A stretch of 64,000 nt of DNA from a virus, in IMG/VR virus record IMGVR_UViG_3300028840_002150, positions 38,421 to 102,420 of that record. One strand, given 5' to 3'. The notes beneath the pieces are model-generated. The model had not been told where the DNA came from. It saw nothing but the letters and a program-made list of their open reading frames with translations, and did no database searches. A program made the position numbers and the translations under genes. Of this stretch, positions 35,532 through 45,449 are shown piece by piece; the first letter of the stretch is position 1, and the number at the start of each line of letters is the position of its first letter.

Positions 35532-36254
35532 ATGAAAGACAAGTTGTTGATTGTGGCGATTTTTCTCGGCTTCGCCGTGACGGGCGGGCTGTACCTGTAC
35601 GAGCAGGAAACCGCGAAGGACTGCCCGGACGGCGACTGCGAAACGCTGGTCGAGCCGCGCGGCTCCGGCGGTGCGATTTACCGCGAACCCGCCATCGAAG
35701 ACCGCGTGGTTGACCTGCCGGAAGACGGCCAGCAATGGCGGTCCATTTTCGTCTGGAGTTCAATGGACGCAGAGGATGAAGCCAGCCGCAATTTGTGGAG
35801 CATATTCTCCACGGATCCGGCGCTCAAGTCACTACTCTCGCAGACGAAGCCTTACCACCTGACCCCGGACCATGCGCTATGGAAATCCCGGTACGAGCCG
35901 AAGATGGGCACGCAGTATCCGCAGTATTGGCTGTGCCAACCGGATCCCAGCGGACCTACCGGCGCCAAGGCTGTTTTCGTCACGTATGGCGATGACTGCG
36001 CAAAATGGGAACCCGGTCAACTGGCGAAGAAAATTCAGGATTGCATCGACGGCCGTTGTCCGCGACCGCGCCCCCGCCCGGAGCCTACCCCGGAACCGGA
36101 TCAACCGGACGGCGTGATCCCCAAGGTGCCGATCGACGAGCCAATCCCGGACCAACCGGACGGCCCGAACGAAGTTCCCGCCTGGGTGTACCTGTTGGCA
36201 TTGGGCCTGTCAGTCGGCGCCGGTGCGCTCCTGATGGCCAAACGCAGCCCCTAG
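35532..36254 (+). CDS. membrane protein with N- and C-terminal TM segments and Pro-rich linker
   Basis: Hydrophobic termini; PRPRPEPTPEP linker. Confidence 0.65.
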   Translation: MKDKLLIVAIFLGFAVTGGLYLYEQETAKDCPDGDCETLVEPRGSGGAIYREPAIEDRVVDLPEDGQQWRSIFVWSSMDAEDEASRNLWSIFSTDPALKSLLSQTKPYHLTPDHALWKSRYEPKMGTQYPQYWLCQPDPSGPTGAKAVFVTYGDDCAKWEPGQLAKKIQDCIDGRCPRPRPRPEPTPEPDQPDGVIPKVPIDEPIPDQPDGPNEVPAWVYLLALGLSVGAGALLMAKRSP

Positions 36255-36287
36255 TCTCACACTTCTTTTTCGTCGGAGAAACAAATC

Positions 36288-36734
36288 ATGTTACTCGCAG
36301 AGTTCAGCTTCACGAGCCCGTATTTCGTCATCTTCCTGTTGTGCGCCTTGGGACTGGCTCTGGGGGCGCTGTACTTCCGCGCCGGTGAGCGGGTGGAGGA
36401 CATCAAGCGGGAGCTGATCGACTTCATGCAGTGGTTGCAAAGCGAGGGCTTCGAACACTGTCCGGAGCTGGTCAAGGACATCATCGTCAGCGATGCCTCG
36501 GGAGCCTTCAAGCGGTTGATGCAATGGATGAAGTCGATCAAAGACCCCGTGGTACGCAAGACGATCCTCTTGGAGTTCCTCAAAAAGCAACTCGTCAAGC
36601 GACTAGCCGAGGAAGAAAGCCGGGCGGCGATCTACAAAGTCATCAAGGAACACGAGGTTCAGGAGAACGCCCGCCGCCAGGCCGTGCTGGACGAGGAAGC
36701 CGCGAAGAAAGCTCCGAAGCCGATTGGATCCTGA
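36288..36734 (+). CDS. membrane protein
   Basis: N-terminal TM; GGAG RBS. Confidence 0.65.
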   Translation: MLLAEFSFTSPYFVIFLLCALGLALGALYFRAGERVEDIKRELIDFMQWLQSEGFEHCPELVKDIIVSDASGAFKRLMQWMKSIKDPVVRKTILLEFLKKQLVKRLAEEESRAAIYKVIKEHEVQENARRQAVLDEEAAKKAPKPIGS

Positions 36735-36735
36735 C

Positions 36736-37083
36736 ATGTTCCGCGCGTGGGTCTGGATGAAGACGTTGGCGCTGGCCGCCGCGGGCTGTTGGCTCGCGGC
36801 GTTTGCCGTTGCGGTCGCGGTGTATTTGGAGCCCGGCCGCGAACCTGCTGCGCCGGAGTTAACGCAACCGCTCCCTGATTGCCAATCGGGACTGCCAACG
36901 GTCGCCGAAGCCCGGACGTACCATGACGGAGTTCGTGTGCCGCCCGGTGCCCACCTGTCGCCGCCGCGGCCTTGCGTTCGTCCCGTCTATGTTCGCCCGC
37001 ATTGTCAAGGCTGGTGGACTCGCGGTCCGGTTCGCCGCGTGTTGTCCTGGCCGTTTCGAATACTGTGTTGGAGGTACGGATAA
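36736..37083 (+). CDS. membrane or secreted protein
   Basis: N-terminal TM; C-terminal RGPVRRVL. Confidence 0.55.
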   Translation: MFRAWVWMKTLALAAAGCWLAAFAVAVAVYLEPGREPAAPELTQPLPDCQSGLPTVAEARTYHDGVRVPPGAHLSPPRPCVRPVYVRPHCQGWWTRGPVRRVLSWPFRILCWRYG

Positions 37084-37442
37084 TGATTGAGCGTAGAAAC
37101 CTGCTCGGCGTGGCGACGGTGTGCTCCTGGGTGATGGCGGTGATGATGCTCGCCAGCCTGAACGCCCCGGCGCAACAGTCTGCCGATGCGGACCATGCCC
37201 CGGACCTGTCGCGGATTGTGCTGCCCGTGGACGGACCCGACGTGCATGTCACCCCGCCGCCCACGTATCGGTACGAAACGCGGGTTCGTTACGAGCGTCG
37301 CATTTGCTACCGCTGGGGACCCCTGCGACTTGTCAAGTGGCGATGCGTTCGCACGGTTCCGGTGCGGTACAAAGTGAAGGTGTACGAAATCAACGGCGAG
37401 GTGGCCGCCGTGTGTCCAGTGGACTATAGGGGGTTAGCTTAA
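37083..37442 (+). CDS. secreted basic protein
   Basis: Signal-like N-terminus; GGAGG RBS. Confidence 0.55.
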   Translation: MIERRNLLGVATVCSWVMAVMMLASLNAPAQQSADADHAPDLSRIVLPVDGPDVHVTPPPTYRYETRVRYERRICYRWGPLRLVKWRCVRTVPVRYKVKVYEINGEVAAVCPVDYRGLA

Positions 37443-37660
37443 TGAGCGGGAAGCAAGAGTCTTCGGATAGCGGGTTCGCCGGTTTGATGCTTGGCCTATT
37501 CCTTGGCGCAATGCTCGTATTCGTGGTGACCCTGCACGGCGAGATCGGTGACGCCAAGACGGAAGCGTATCTGCTCGAGCAACGGGTGGAACGGATCGAA
37601 GACGCGGTGGAACACAACGCGGCCTTAATTGAAAGGCGCCTAGGAGGTTTGGGAAGATGA
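37442..37660 (+). CDS. TM plus coiled-coil protein
   Basis: TAATG coupling. Confidence 0.55.
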   Translation: MSGKQESSDSGFAGLMLGLFLGAMLVFVVTLHGEIGDAKTEAYLLEQRVERIEDAVEHNAALIERRLGGLGR

Positions 37661-37803
37661 ACGACGAGCAATACTACGAACTCCGTGAGCGGTTGGTCAA
37701 AGTCGAGTCAACCGTTGCCTGGATGAAGTGGGCTTGGATGAGCCTTGGCGGCGCCACGGCCGTTGCGATTGTCACAGCGGTTGCAGGAGCGATTGCCGGA
37801 TGA
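37657..37803 (+). CDS. small coiled-coil plus TM protein (XhlA/holin-like)
   Basis: Read directly: MNDEQYYELRERLVKVES...; AGGAGG RBS. Confidence 0.5.
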   Translation: MNDEQYYELRERLVKVESTVAWMKWAWMSLGGATAVAIVTAVAGAIAG

Positions 37804-38048
37804 GCAAGACCGCCGCGAGTAACTCGACATGGCAAGCAACACAGAGGATTCTTTGCCTTGCGTGCTGGCTCGCGTTGCTTACGTTTTTATTGTTCGGCGC
37901 AACGATCATGTGGGCGCTAGGTGCTCCGTACAATCAGGCGATAGGCTACCTGTGGATCGTAAACGAGTTTTTCCGCGTTTTCTGTGGATTGCTCGTGTTT
38001 GTCTGGTGCGTTGGTCTTCTGGGCGCGTGGACTGCCAGCCTTAGATGA
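37800..38048 (+). CDS. two-TM membrane protein (holin-like)
   Basis: Two hydrophobic helices; AGGAG RBS. Confidence 0.5.
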   Translation: MSKTAASNSTWQATQRILCLACWLALLTFLLFGATIMWALGAPYNQAIGYLWIVNEFFRVFCGLLVFVWCVGLLGAWTASLR

Positions 38049-38064
38049 TTTGGAAGTAAAGCGA

Positions 38065-38502
38065 ATGCTCTGGCTTTTGCTTGCATTGTCGATCGTTCCG
38101 CAGCAACCCGTAATCCGGGACCGCGTGGATGTGATCGAGGTGAATCACTTCTACGACGAGGCAGGTAGGCATGTCTTCGATCAAGCCATTTTTTGGGATT
38201 GGTCCCCTCGTCGACGCCGCTACGAGGCAAGAGCGTTTCGGTTGTTGAAGCATCCATCCCAGGAGCCTGTGCGAGTAGCGTTTGGGCAGTACGTCTCAAT
38301 ATGGGAGGACGGGGGTGGATTAAGGCGTGTTTGCGCGCCGTCCAGGCGTGAAACCTGGACGCAATACGATCCAGAGCTGCGAAACCGTGCATATTTACCC
38401 AAAGACATGCGACGCGGCTTGACTCGAATTGTTCCGCGAATCGGCAAGCAGGGGCATGAAGTGTTTTGGCATCCGATTGCAGACGTGGAGGTGGTCCGCT
38501 GA
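38065..38502 (+). CDS. secreted hypothetical protein
   Basis: Signal peptide; VDVIEVNHFYDE.G..VFDQ.IF.DW motif recalled from planctomycete hypotheticals. Confidence 0.55.
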   Translation: MLWLLLALSIVPQQPVIRDRVDVIEVNHFYDEAGRHVFDQAIFWDWSPRRRRYEARAFRLLKHPSQEPVRVAFGQYVSIWEDGGGLRRVCAPSRRETWTQYDPELRNRAYLPKDMRRGLTRIVPRIGKQGHEVFWHPIADVEVVR

Positions 38503-39122
38503 TGCCGAAACTCGACCCCGACAACCCGAGACTCCGCACCTTCGAGCAGATCGAACCCGAACTGCGCGAGGGTGACGTGATGCTTTACCGAACCAAGCGG
38601 ATGTTCGGGATCGGCGGGTTGATACGGCGGGCCACGGGCGGGATTCATTCGCATGCGGAAATGCTTTGCCTAATCCGCGGTCGCTGGCATACATGCGGCA
38701 TGGTAGAGGGGACTGGGTTTTCCTCCGAACCGCTCGACGAATACGCGCGAAAGTATCCCGGCAAGATCGACCTGTTCCATCCGGCCCCGCATCTCCGCGT
38801 GAACGGGGACGAGTTCTGGTATGACGGCTGCGATGCGGCGGAATACATGCGGGGGCTGCGTGGTTGGAAGTACGGGTGGCGAGGTATCTGGAAGCTGGTC
38901 CTGATGAAGGCACCGGGGCTGTGGTTTTTCGTGGGCTGGGATACGGCGGACGACCCGAAAGAAGACGGCGCGGCGGCATTTTGCAGTCATGCGGTTTCGG
39001 CGGCGATGATGGCGGGCGGCGTGGACCCCGTTCCTAATTGTCCAAATAACCGCGTCACCCCGCACATGCTGTTTACCTCGTTGGCCATTGGCCATGGCTA
39101 CTACGGAACCCTCACCGCCTAA
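38502..39122 (+). CDS. permuted papain-like NlpC/P60 (YiiX/YaeF-like) amidase
   Basis: L..GDV.L.R...IR..T...SHA (His) ... Y ... FCS..V (Cys), in permuted order. Confidence 0.75.
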   Translation: MPKLDPDNPRLRTFEQIEPELREGDVMLYRTKRMFGIGGLIRRATGGIHSHAEMLCLIRGRWHTCGMVEGTGFSSEPLDEYARKYPGKIDLFHPAPHLRVNGDEFWYDGCDAAEYMRGLRGWKYGWRGIWKLVLMKAPGLWFFVGWDTADDPKEDGAAAFCSHAVSAAMMAGGVDPVPNCPNNRVTPHMLFTSLAIGHGYYGTLTA

Positions 39123-39144
39123 CAGCTAGAAAGCCCCGCCCACG

Positions 39145-39435
39145 ATGAGCCCCCAACCACGCACGGCGCAAGGAAACGGCAACGGGAATGGAGTCTGGAA
39201 AACGGCTACCGTGACACTGGCTTCGGTGATTGTCACGATGCTACTGGCTGCCGGATGGGTTCGCCCGTCCGACTCACACATCCAAGGAGTAGCCGACCGC
39301 GCGATTGAACCGATGCGAGTCAAGGTCGACTCCCAGGAAAAACGGATCGACCTACTGAACGCCAAGATTGACCGACTGATTGACCAGAACGCTCAAATCC
39401 TCGCAAGTGTCGAGGGTCTGAAGTCCCGCCCATAA
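39145..39435 (+). CDS. TM plus coiled-coil protein (holin- or spanin-like)
   Basis: Single TM followed by heptads. Confidence 0.5.
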   Translation: MSPQPRTAQGNGNGNGVWKTATVTLASVIVTMLLAAGWVRPSDSHIQGVADRAIEPMRVKVDSQEKRIDLLNAKIDRLIDQNAQILASVEGLKSRP

Positions 39436-39463
39436 CCACACTCTCAGTGAAGAAAGGCAACAG

Positions 39464-39670
39464 ATGGACCCCACAACCCAAGTCAATGTCACGGCGCTAC
39501 AGCCGTGTGAATTGGACGAGTCGGCCGAATGGATGGTGCAACCGGAATTTGATGACGCGAGTGCGCCGCTACCCAGCGGGCCGTTTGATTTGCGAACGGC
39601 CCGTGCCGCCGCTGTCGCGTTGCTTGGACGAACCAATTGCTTGCGGGCCACTTTGGTCCCGGTTGAATAG
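39464..39670 (+). CDS. hypothetical protein
   Basis: AAAGG RBS. Confidence 0.4.
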   Translation: MDPTTQVNVTALQPCELDESAEWMVQPEFDDASAPLPSGPFDLRTARAAAVALLGRTNCLRATLVPVE

Positions 39671-39678
39671 GAGACCGC

Positions 39679-39990
39679 TTGATGACGATTACCGATGTTC
39701 AACTCGCGGGGCTTCTGCAGGGAACGGAACTCGACGCCCAAATCGTCGGCGCTGCCGCGATGGTAGCGGAAGCCGTCCGGCAAGAAGACCCGGAAACAAC
39801 CGACAACTACTCGCTCCGCCAGAAATGGGCAGCGAGCGTTTTGAAAAACCCGAACGCGTTGGCCTCGCAATTGCGTGGCGTGGTCTACACCCGCTACGCG
39901 GACATCTGCGAGCCCGCCGGCCTTACCGTCACGGACCAGCAGGTTCGCACGGCGATTGCCGATGCGGTCACTACCCTTGCCACGGGATAA
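39679..39990 (+). CDS. hypothetical structural-region protein
   Basis: AGGAG RBS. Confidence 0.55.
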   Translation: MMTITDVQLAGLLQGTELDAQIVGAAAMVAEAVRQEDPETTDNYSLRQKWAASVLKNPNALASQLRGVVYTRYADICEPAGLTVTDQQVRTAIADAVTTLATG

Positions 39991-39994
39991 CGCA

Positions 39995-40474
39995 ATGACC
40001 CCCTGGACCCCGGAAAACTACGACGCCCTGTATGCCTGGATGTTGGCGCAGGGCGGGTTGGCCGATCTATCAGACCATGCCGTGGCCGACGCCTACAACG
40101 CGGCGGACCAACCGACAAAACGCCCCGTCGATCCGGCAGCGGTCAAGCAACTGGCACTCCGCCAAGGCAAATGGCTGTCGCTGGTCAAGGCGGCCAAACT
40201 CGACACGGAAACCGGCGCTGCCGCCGCGCTGGCGATGGAGTTCATTAACGATGCCCGCTACACCGAGTTGGACTTGGAAAACGGCGACGTGAAAACCATG
40301 TTTCGAGCGCTGGTTAGCGGCGAGGTGATTGACGAAACCTTTGCTGCCGAAATCGAGGGCATGGCCGATGCTTGGATCAGCCAGCGACAGGTTGACGGAG
40401 CACCCCGTCCCGCAAACCACGGGGATGTGCATTGGGTGCGAACCCGCATGATGACGGAGGAAGCCGATGGCTGA
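39995..40474 (+). CDS. hypothetical structural-region protein
   Basis: Operon packing. Confidence 0.55.
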   Translation: MTPWTPENYDALYAWMLAQGGLADLSDHAVADAYNAADQPTKRPVDPAAVKQLALRQGKWLSLVKAAKLDTETGAAAALAMEFINDARYTELDLENGDVKTMFRALVSGEVIDETFAAEIEGMADAWISQRQVDGAPRPANHGDVHWVRTRMMTEEADG

Positions 40475-41072
40475 CTATACGCAAAGCGAGGAAACATTCC
40501 TCAGCCAACAGGCAATCACGCACCCGGCCAATGTAGTCGGCTCGGCGCAAAACGTGGCGGGTTACCTGGACGGGATTGTCAACGTCTGGCTGGCCAAGAC
40601 CGAAACCACGGCCAACGCGACCGGATTAGCGGTCAAGGTCCAGGGGTGCGCCGAAGCGAGCGGTGATAATTGGCAGGACATCTACGAGTTCACCGGAACC
40701 ACCGACGCGGCCGAAACCGAGGAACTGTCCGACGCAGCGGGGGAGGCGGCCGGAACGTCCGTGCTTGCCGTAGCGTCAACGTCCAACCTTGCCGTAGGTG
40801 ATCTCATCTACGTCCAGGATGACGACAATTTGGCGCAGTCTGAGTTCCACGAAATCGCCTCGGTTGTCACGAATACCAGTGTTACCGTCGTTGACGATTT
40901 GACCTACGACAAGGTGCAAAACGATACCATCTTCGACCATGTGGAAAGATTCAGCGTGTACGTCAACTGCTCCGGCTGGAAGCGGCTCCGCGTGGTCGTG
41001 ATTCACCAATCCGCCACCGGAAGCAATATGGTCGTCAAGTCGTCCGGCACGTTTGCATCCGCCCTTGAGTAG
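40467..41072 (+). CDS. beta-rich virion protein
   Basis: GGAGG RBS; Thr/Ser-rich; TSNLAVGDLIYV motif. Confidence 0.6.
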   Translation: MADYTQSEETFLSQQAITHPANVVGSAQNVAGYLDGIVNVWLAKTETTANATGLAVKVQGCAEASGDNWQDIYEFTGTTDAAETEELSDAAGEAAGTSVLAVASTSNLAVGDLIYVQDDDNLAQSEFHEIASVVTNTSVTVVDDLTYDKVQNDTIFDHVERFSVYVNCSGWKRLRVVVIHQSATGSNMVVKSSGTFASALE

Positions 41073-41075
41073 CCC

Positions 41076-41942
41076 ATGCGCCACTACACCCATTTAGACG
41101 CTCAGCGATTTCGGCAGACACGGGGCGCGTATTGCCGCCATTCGTGGATGCTGCGCGATTTGGTGGGACTCTGGGGATTCGTCGAAGGCAGCGGTGGATA
41201 TGTCCGCGACTGGTCCGGCAAGGGCAACCACGGAACATGGGCGGGTAGCGGGTCGCATTGGGACACGGGGCAAAGAGGATCGGCGGGAGCGTTCGTTACC
41301 GCCAATTCCGATTACGTGCGTACAGACGCGTTGGGATTATTTTCTGGTTCGTTTTACGATGACCCGGCGTTTAGTGTCGGTGCCTGGATTCGCCCGAAGG
41401 ACACGATCAGAAACCCAATCGTTGCATCCTACTCGGACATTGAGTCTTCGTGGTGGTTTCGGGAATACCAGGGATACATCGACCTTGGATTATATACCAA
41501 TACTACCAATAGGATAGTACGCAGATACGATGCGTCCGTCCCACAAAACCAGTGGTCCTACGCTGTGGTCACGTACGACGGAAGCCGACAAGTTGATGGG
41601 ATCGAGATTTACGTGAACGGCGTACGGGGAAGTGTGTATGATGACTCATCCTCGCTTGGGACGTACATTGGAGTGTCTACTGACCACGACATAGCAATCG
41701 GCTCACTGTGGCCGTTGTTGTCTGCGTATAAACGATTTGCGACAATGGATATTGACGATGTTACGATAAGTCGGCGTGTTTGGTCCGCCAGTGACATTGC
41801 AAGATGGTACCAACTCGGACCCAAGGCATGGGCCGAACCTGCAAAGACGGTGGTGGGATTCGCGGGGGTGACGGCAGCGGGCGGGCCTTGGCCGTGGCAC
41901 ATGGACGCATTATCAGGCGGCTTACAAACACTCGGAGTTTGA
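41076..41942 (+). CDS. LamG/concanavalin A-like lectin domain protein
   Basis: LVGLWGFVEGSG...D.SG.GNHGT, FSVGAWI, W..VVTYDG...IYVNG, IDDV.I..R. Confidence 0.85.
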   Translation: MRHYTHLDAQRFRQTRGAYCRHSWMLRDLVGLWGFVEGSGGYVRDWSGKGNHGTWAGSGSHWDTGQRGSAGAFVTANSDYVRTDALGLFSGSFYDDPAFSVGAWIRPKDTIRNPIVASYSDIESSWWFREYQGYIDLGLYTNTTNRIVRRYDASVPQNQWSYAVVTYDGSRQVDGIEIYVNGVRGSVYDDSSSLGTYIGVSTDHDIAIGSLWPLLSAYKRFATMDIDDVTISRRVWSASDIARWYQLGPKAWAEPAKTVVGFAGVTAAGGPWPWHMDALSGGLQTLGV

Positions 41943-41945
41943 CGC

Positions 41946-44900
41946 ATGTTGATTAGCTATAAGCGCGGACAAGGAAGCGTCATTCTACGGGTGAAGATCC
42001 GAAATTCCAGCGTATCGACCGGAGCGGGGTTGACGGGGTTGGCCTACGATTCATCGGGGCTGATTATCTCCACGATTGCGGACAACGAAGACACGGCCAC
42101 GGCTTACACAGTTGCAGCGGGAAACGTCGAAACGATTGCAACGCTAGGAACGTATGCTGCGCCAACGGCGGGAAAATGCCGGTTCAAAGAAGTCGATTCC
42201 ACGAATCATCCCGGCGTGTACGAGGTTCAGCTTGCCGATGCACGCCTTGCGGTGTCTTCCGCGAAGTCGCTGCTTGTCACGATCAGCGGCGCGACCAATG
42301 CGGCGGAATGTGATGTGTTGGTGCCGCTTACCGATGTGGATATGTACGACGGAACACGCGGCGGAATGACGGCACTTCCGAACGCAGCAGCCGATGCGGC
42401 CGGTGGGCTGGCGGTCAGTGATGCGGGTGGTTTGGACCTGGATAACCGGATGCCGTCGTCGTCGGCCGTCACAAATCTCAATACGGTTTTCGATACCGAC
42501 TTCGCCACCAACTACAACACGACACGCGATGCGTGGGTGACGAACGCGCAGGACTTCGTGGGTACTACGGCAGCCGACCCGTTCAACGGTCAAGTTGTGG
42601 CCGCAAGCGTGACCGGAGCAATTGGAAGCGTTACGAATCTTACGGTACAGGCGGGAACAACGCTCGCAAGCGGGACGCATAATCCGCAAGGCGGCGATGC
42701 CCACTCCTATCTAACGACCAACCTGGGAGCACTCGGAGCCAATGCAACCGAGGCAGGCGGGGATGGGGACCATCTGACGGAAGCTGGTGGGACCGGAGAT
42801 CAGTTTACGGCGATTCCAGAAGTTGACGCTGACGTGGTTAAGATTAGCGGAGACGCAACGGCAGCCGATAATCTTGAGTCACAATACGACGGCACCGGAT
42901 TGACCGGCGACACGTACCCGAGCACACAAGCACAGGTCGGGGCAATCGGCGTTGCATCCGGGGCGGGGCTGTTGTTCGAGGCGGAAGCCGATAACACTGG
43001 TGGGGCCATCAAGAGCGTTTCGTTTACCGGCGTCCAAACATCCGGCACCTATGCGAGCACAGAAGCAGATGACGGAACCTATCACCAGATCGACGACACT
43101 GGCGATGCAATCGACATCGTTTATCAGTTTGACGTGGGCGGGATTCGCAAGGCGATTCAAGCGGTTTGGAAAGGGTACCTTGTCGGATCGAATGACATCA
43201 TCACCGTCCAAGCCTACGATTACGTTGGGTCCGATTGGGAGGACCGGCTGACGATTGCGGGCGTCGTCGGCGGCACGAACCAGACCGAAAACATCACGCT
43301 GTTGTCGAAACACACCGGGACAGGAGCGGACGCGGGGAAGGTGCTCTTGCGTTTCGTTTGCGCCGGGCAGAGCAACCCGACGCTTTACACTGATTCTCTG
43401 CTCACTGAGGCAACAATCGCAAACCAGAGCGTTGGATACGCGGACGGTGCAATCTGGGTTGACACGAACGAAAGCAACACCAATACGGAAATGTTCGTGG
43501 ACGGCACGGCGGATAACCCGGTGTCAACATGGGCGGCGGCACTCACGCTGTCGGCAAGCCTCGGGATCGAGCGGTTTCACATTGCTGGCGGATCGTCGAT
43601 CACGCTGACTGCCGATAGCAGCAATTACGACATTTACGGGCACGCTTACGACTTGGACCTGAACGGCCAGACAATCACGAACGCGAACATCGCAGGAGCA
43701 AGAGTAAGCGGAACCGGCGTGAACACGGGAACGGCTCCCGTGTTCGAATACTGCGGGATTGGTGCGGTGACGCTTGGCCCGTCGAGGCTCTACCAATGCG
43801 GGATCGGGCGGGCAAGCGGAGCGTTTGCTGCCGGATCTGCGGGGCAGTTCGTCATTATCGACTGCTTCTCATTTGTGCCCGGCTCTGGCACGCCGTCCCT
43901 CGATTTCAGCGGGACAGGATCGACGACCGGCATCAACATTCGCGGGTGGAAGGGCGGTACGAATATCACGCTCGACTCGGATTGCACGCTAAGTCTTGAA
44001 GTGCTCGCAGGCGGTGGGCAGACTGTGACGACAGGCGGGGCCAATGTCGAGATCCGCGGGCTGTGCCGGGCGGTGACGGTCACGGTAAGCGATTCCGAGA
44101 CGGTGCAGGTGATTGCGACAACCGGCCCGATAACGATTAACGACGACGGGGCGAGCACGGCGACGGTTAATCTATACGGCGTTGCTTCGGCGGTGACGGA
44201 CAACACGACCGGCAGCACCGTGAACGATTACACGGTGAAGCAAAGCGTGCAAACAGGCGACGCGTTCGCCATCGTCAACAGCGGCACATACGGCAATTCG
44301 GCCCTCAAGACGCTGATTGACGACGTGCCGACAACGGCGGAATTCGAGGCGAGGACGCTGGTTGCGGCTTCGTACTTCGATCCAGCGGCGGACAAGGTGT
44401 ATCTCGGCAACGGCGCTCATGGTGGGGCTGCTGCTGCTATTACGCTGTCCGACTACTCCGATTTTCGAGCGACGAGTGTAACGGTTTCCGATAAGACCGG
44501 ATTCAAGCTGGCGTCCGACGGATTGGACCTTGTGACCGCTTGGACGGCGGACATTACCGGAACCGTGAGCGGAAACAGCACGCATGATGCGGCGGCGGTT
44601 GTGACAGCGTTAGGAACTGGTTCCACCCTTACCGATTGTCTGACGGCTACCGGGTTTTCCACCCACAGTGCCGCCGATGTTGTGACCGCTTTGGGTACAG
44701 GATCGACACTGACGGATTGCCTGACGGCGACCGGGTTCAGTACGCATTCGGCGGCAGACGTTGTGACGGCGCTGGGTACTGGATCGACCCTTACCGACTG
44801 CCTTACCGCGACCGGATTCAGCACGCACTCGGCAGCAGATGTGGCGGCGCTGATTCTGGTCACCCCGGCCAACCTGCTCGACACCGACGCGAACGGGCAG

Positions 44901-45446
44901 GTCAAGTTGCAAAGCAACGCCATTACGGCGGGTGTGATTGCGACCGATGCCATTGGGGCTTCGGAAATCAGCGCGGCGGCGGTGACCAAAATTCAAGCCG
45001 GTTTAAGCACTCATGCCGCCGCGGATGTTGTGACCGCGCTGGGCACCGGCTCCACGCTCACAGACTGCCTGACAGCCAGCGGATTTTCCACGCATTCGGC
45101 CGCCGACGTGGTAACCGCCCTCGGAACCGGATCGACGCTCACCGCCTGTGCGACCGCTACCGGCTTTAGTACCCATAGCGCGGCGGATGTCGTGACGGCG
45201 CTGGGCACGGGGAGTAGCTTGACGGATTTGGTCGCTCCAACCGTTGCCGAAATCCGCACGGAAATGGACGACAACAGCACCATTTCCAAGCTGCTTCAGG
45301 CGGACGTGGATGCAACCAGCCTGACGCAAGTGATCTACTACGAGAAGGGCACGTCCACCGTCCTGCTAACGCAAAACCTGTTCGACGAAAACGGGGACGC
45401 CATCGCCGCCACGACCACCGTGGTTGCCAAGAAAACGGGGGTTTAG
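41946..45446 (+). CDS. large fibre or appendage-like virion protein with 27-aa tandem repeats
   Basis: TGL...PGVYE N-terminus; ADVVKISGDATAADNLE; beta-helix-like middle; C-terminal repeats. Confidence 0.7.
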   Translation: MLISYKRGQGSVILRVKIRNSSVSTGAGLTGLAYDSSGLIISTIADNEDTATAYTVAAGNVETIATLGTYAAPTAGKCRFKEVDSTNHPGVYEVQLADARLAVSSAKSLLVTISGATNAAECDVLVPLTDVDMYDGTRGGMTALPNAAADAAGGLAVSDAGGLDLDNRMPSSSAVTNLNTVFDTDFATNYNTTRDAWVTNAQDFVGTTAADPFNGQVVAASVTGAIGSVTNLTVQAGTTLASGTHNPQGGDAHSYLTTNLGALGANATEAGGDGDHLTEAGGTGDQFTAIPEVDADVVKISGDATAADNLESQYDGTGLTGDTYPSTQAQVGAIGVASGAGLLFEAEADNTGGAIKSVSFTGVQTSGTYASTEADDGTYHQIDDTGDAIDIVYQFDVGGIRKAIQAVWKGYLVGSNDIITVQAYDYVGSDWEDRLTIAGVVGGTNQTENITLLSKHTGTGADAGKVLLRFVCAGQSNPTLYTDSLLTEATIANQSVGYADGAIWVDTNESNTNTEMFVDGTADNPVSTWAAALTLSASLGIERFHIAGGSSITLTADSSNYDIYGHAYDLDLNGQTITNANIAGARVSGTGVNTGTAPVFEYCGIGAVTLGPSRLYQCGIGRASGAFAAGSAGQFVIIDCFSFVPGSGTPSLDFSGTGSTTGINIRGWKGGTNITLDSDCTLSLEVLAGGGQTVTTGGANVEIRGLCRAVTVTVSDSETVQVIATTGPITINDDGASTATVNLYGVASAVTDNTTGSTVNDYTVKQSVQTGDAFAIVNSGTYGNSALKTLIDDVPTTAEFEARTLVAASYFDPAADKVYLGNGAHGGAAAAITLSDYSDFRATSVTVSDKTGFKLASDGLDLVTAWTADITGTVSGNSTHDAAAVVTALGTGSTLTDCLTATGFSTHSAADVVTALGTGSTLTDCLTATGFSTHSAADVVTALGTGSTLTDCLTATGFSTHSAADVAALILVTPANLLDTDANGQVKLQSNAITAGVIATDAIGASEISAAAVTKIQAGLSTHAAADVVTALGTGSTLTDCLTASGFSTHSAADVVTALGTGSTLTACATATGFSTHSAADVVTALGTGSSLTDLVAPTVAEIRTEMDDNSTISKLLQADVDATSLTQVIYYEKGTSTVLLTQNLFDENGDAIAATTTVVAKKTGV
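44580..45230 (+). repeat. 81-bp (27-aa) repeats THSAADVVTALGTGSTLTDCLTATGFS
   Basis: Units start at 44580, 44661, 44742, 44823 (partial), 45009, 45090, 45171 (truncated). Confidence 0.9.
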
Positions 45447-45449
45447 CCG

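Noticed and set aside
44580-45230. Diversity-generating retroelement template and variable repeats
   Set aside because: Differences are synonymous and not adenine-specific; no reverse transcriptase in the window.
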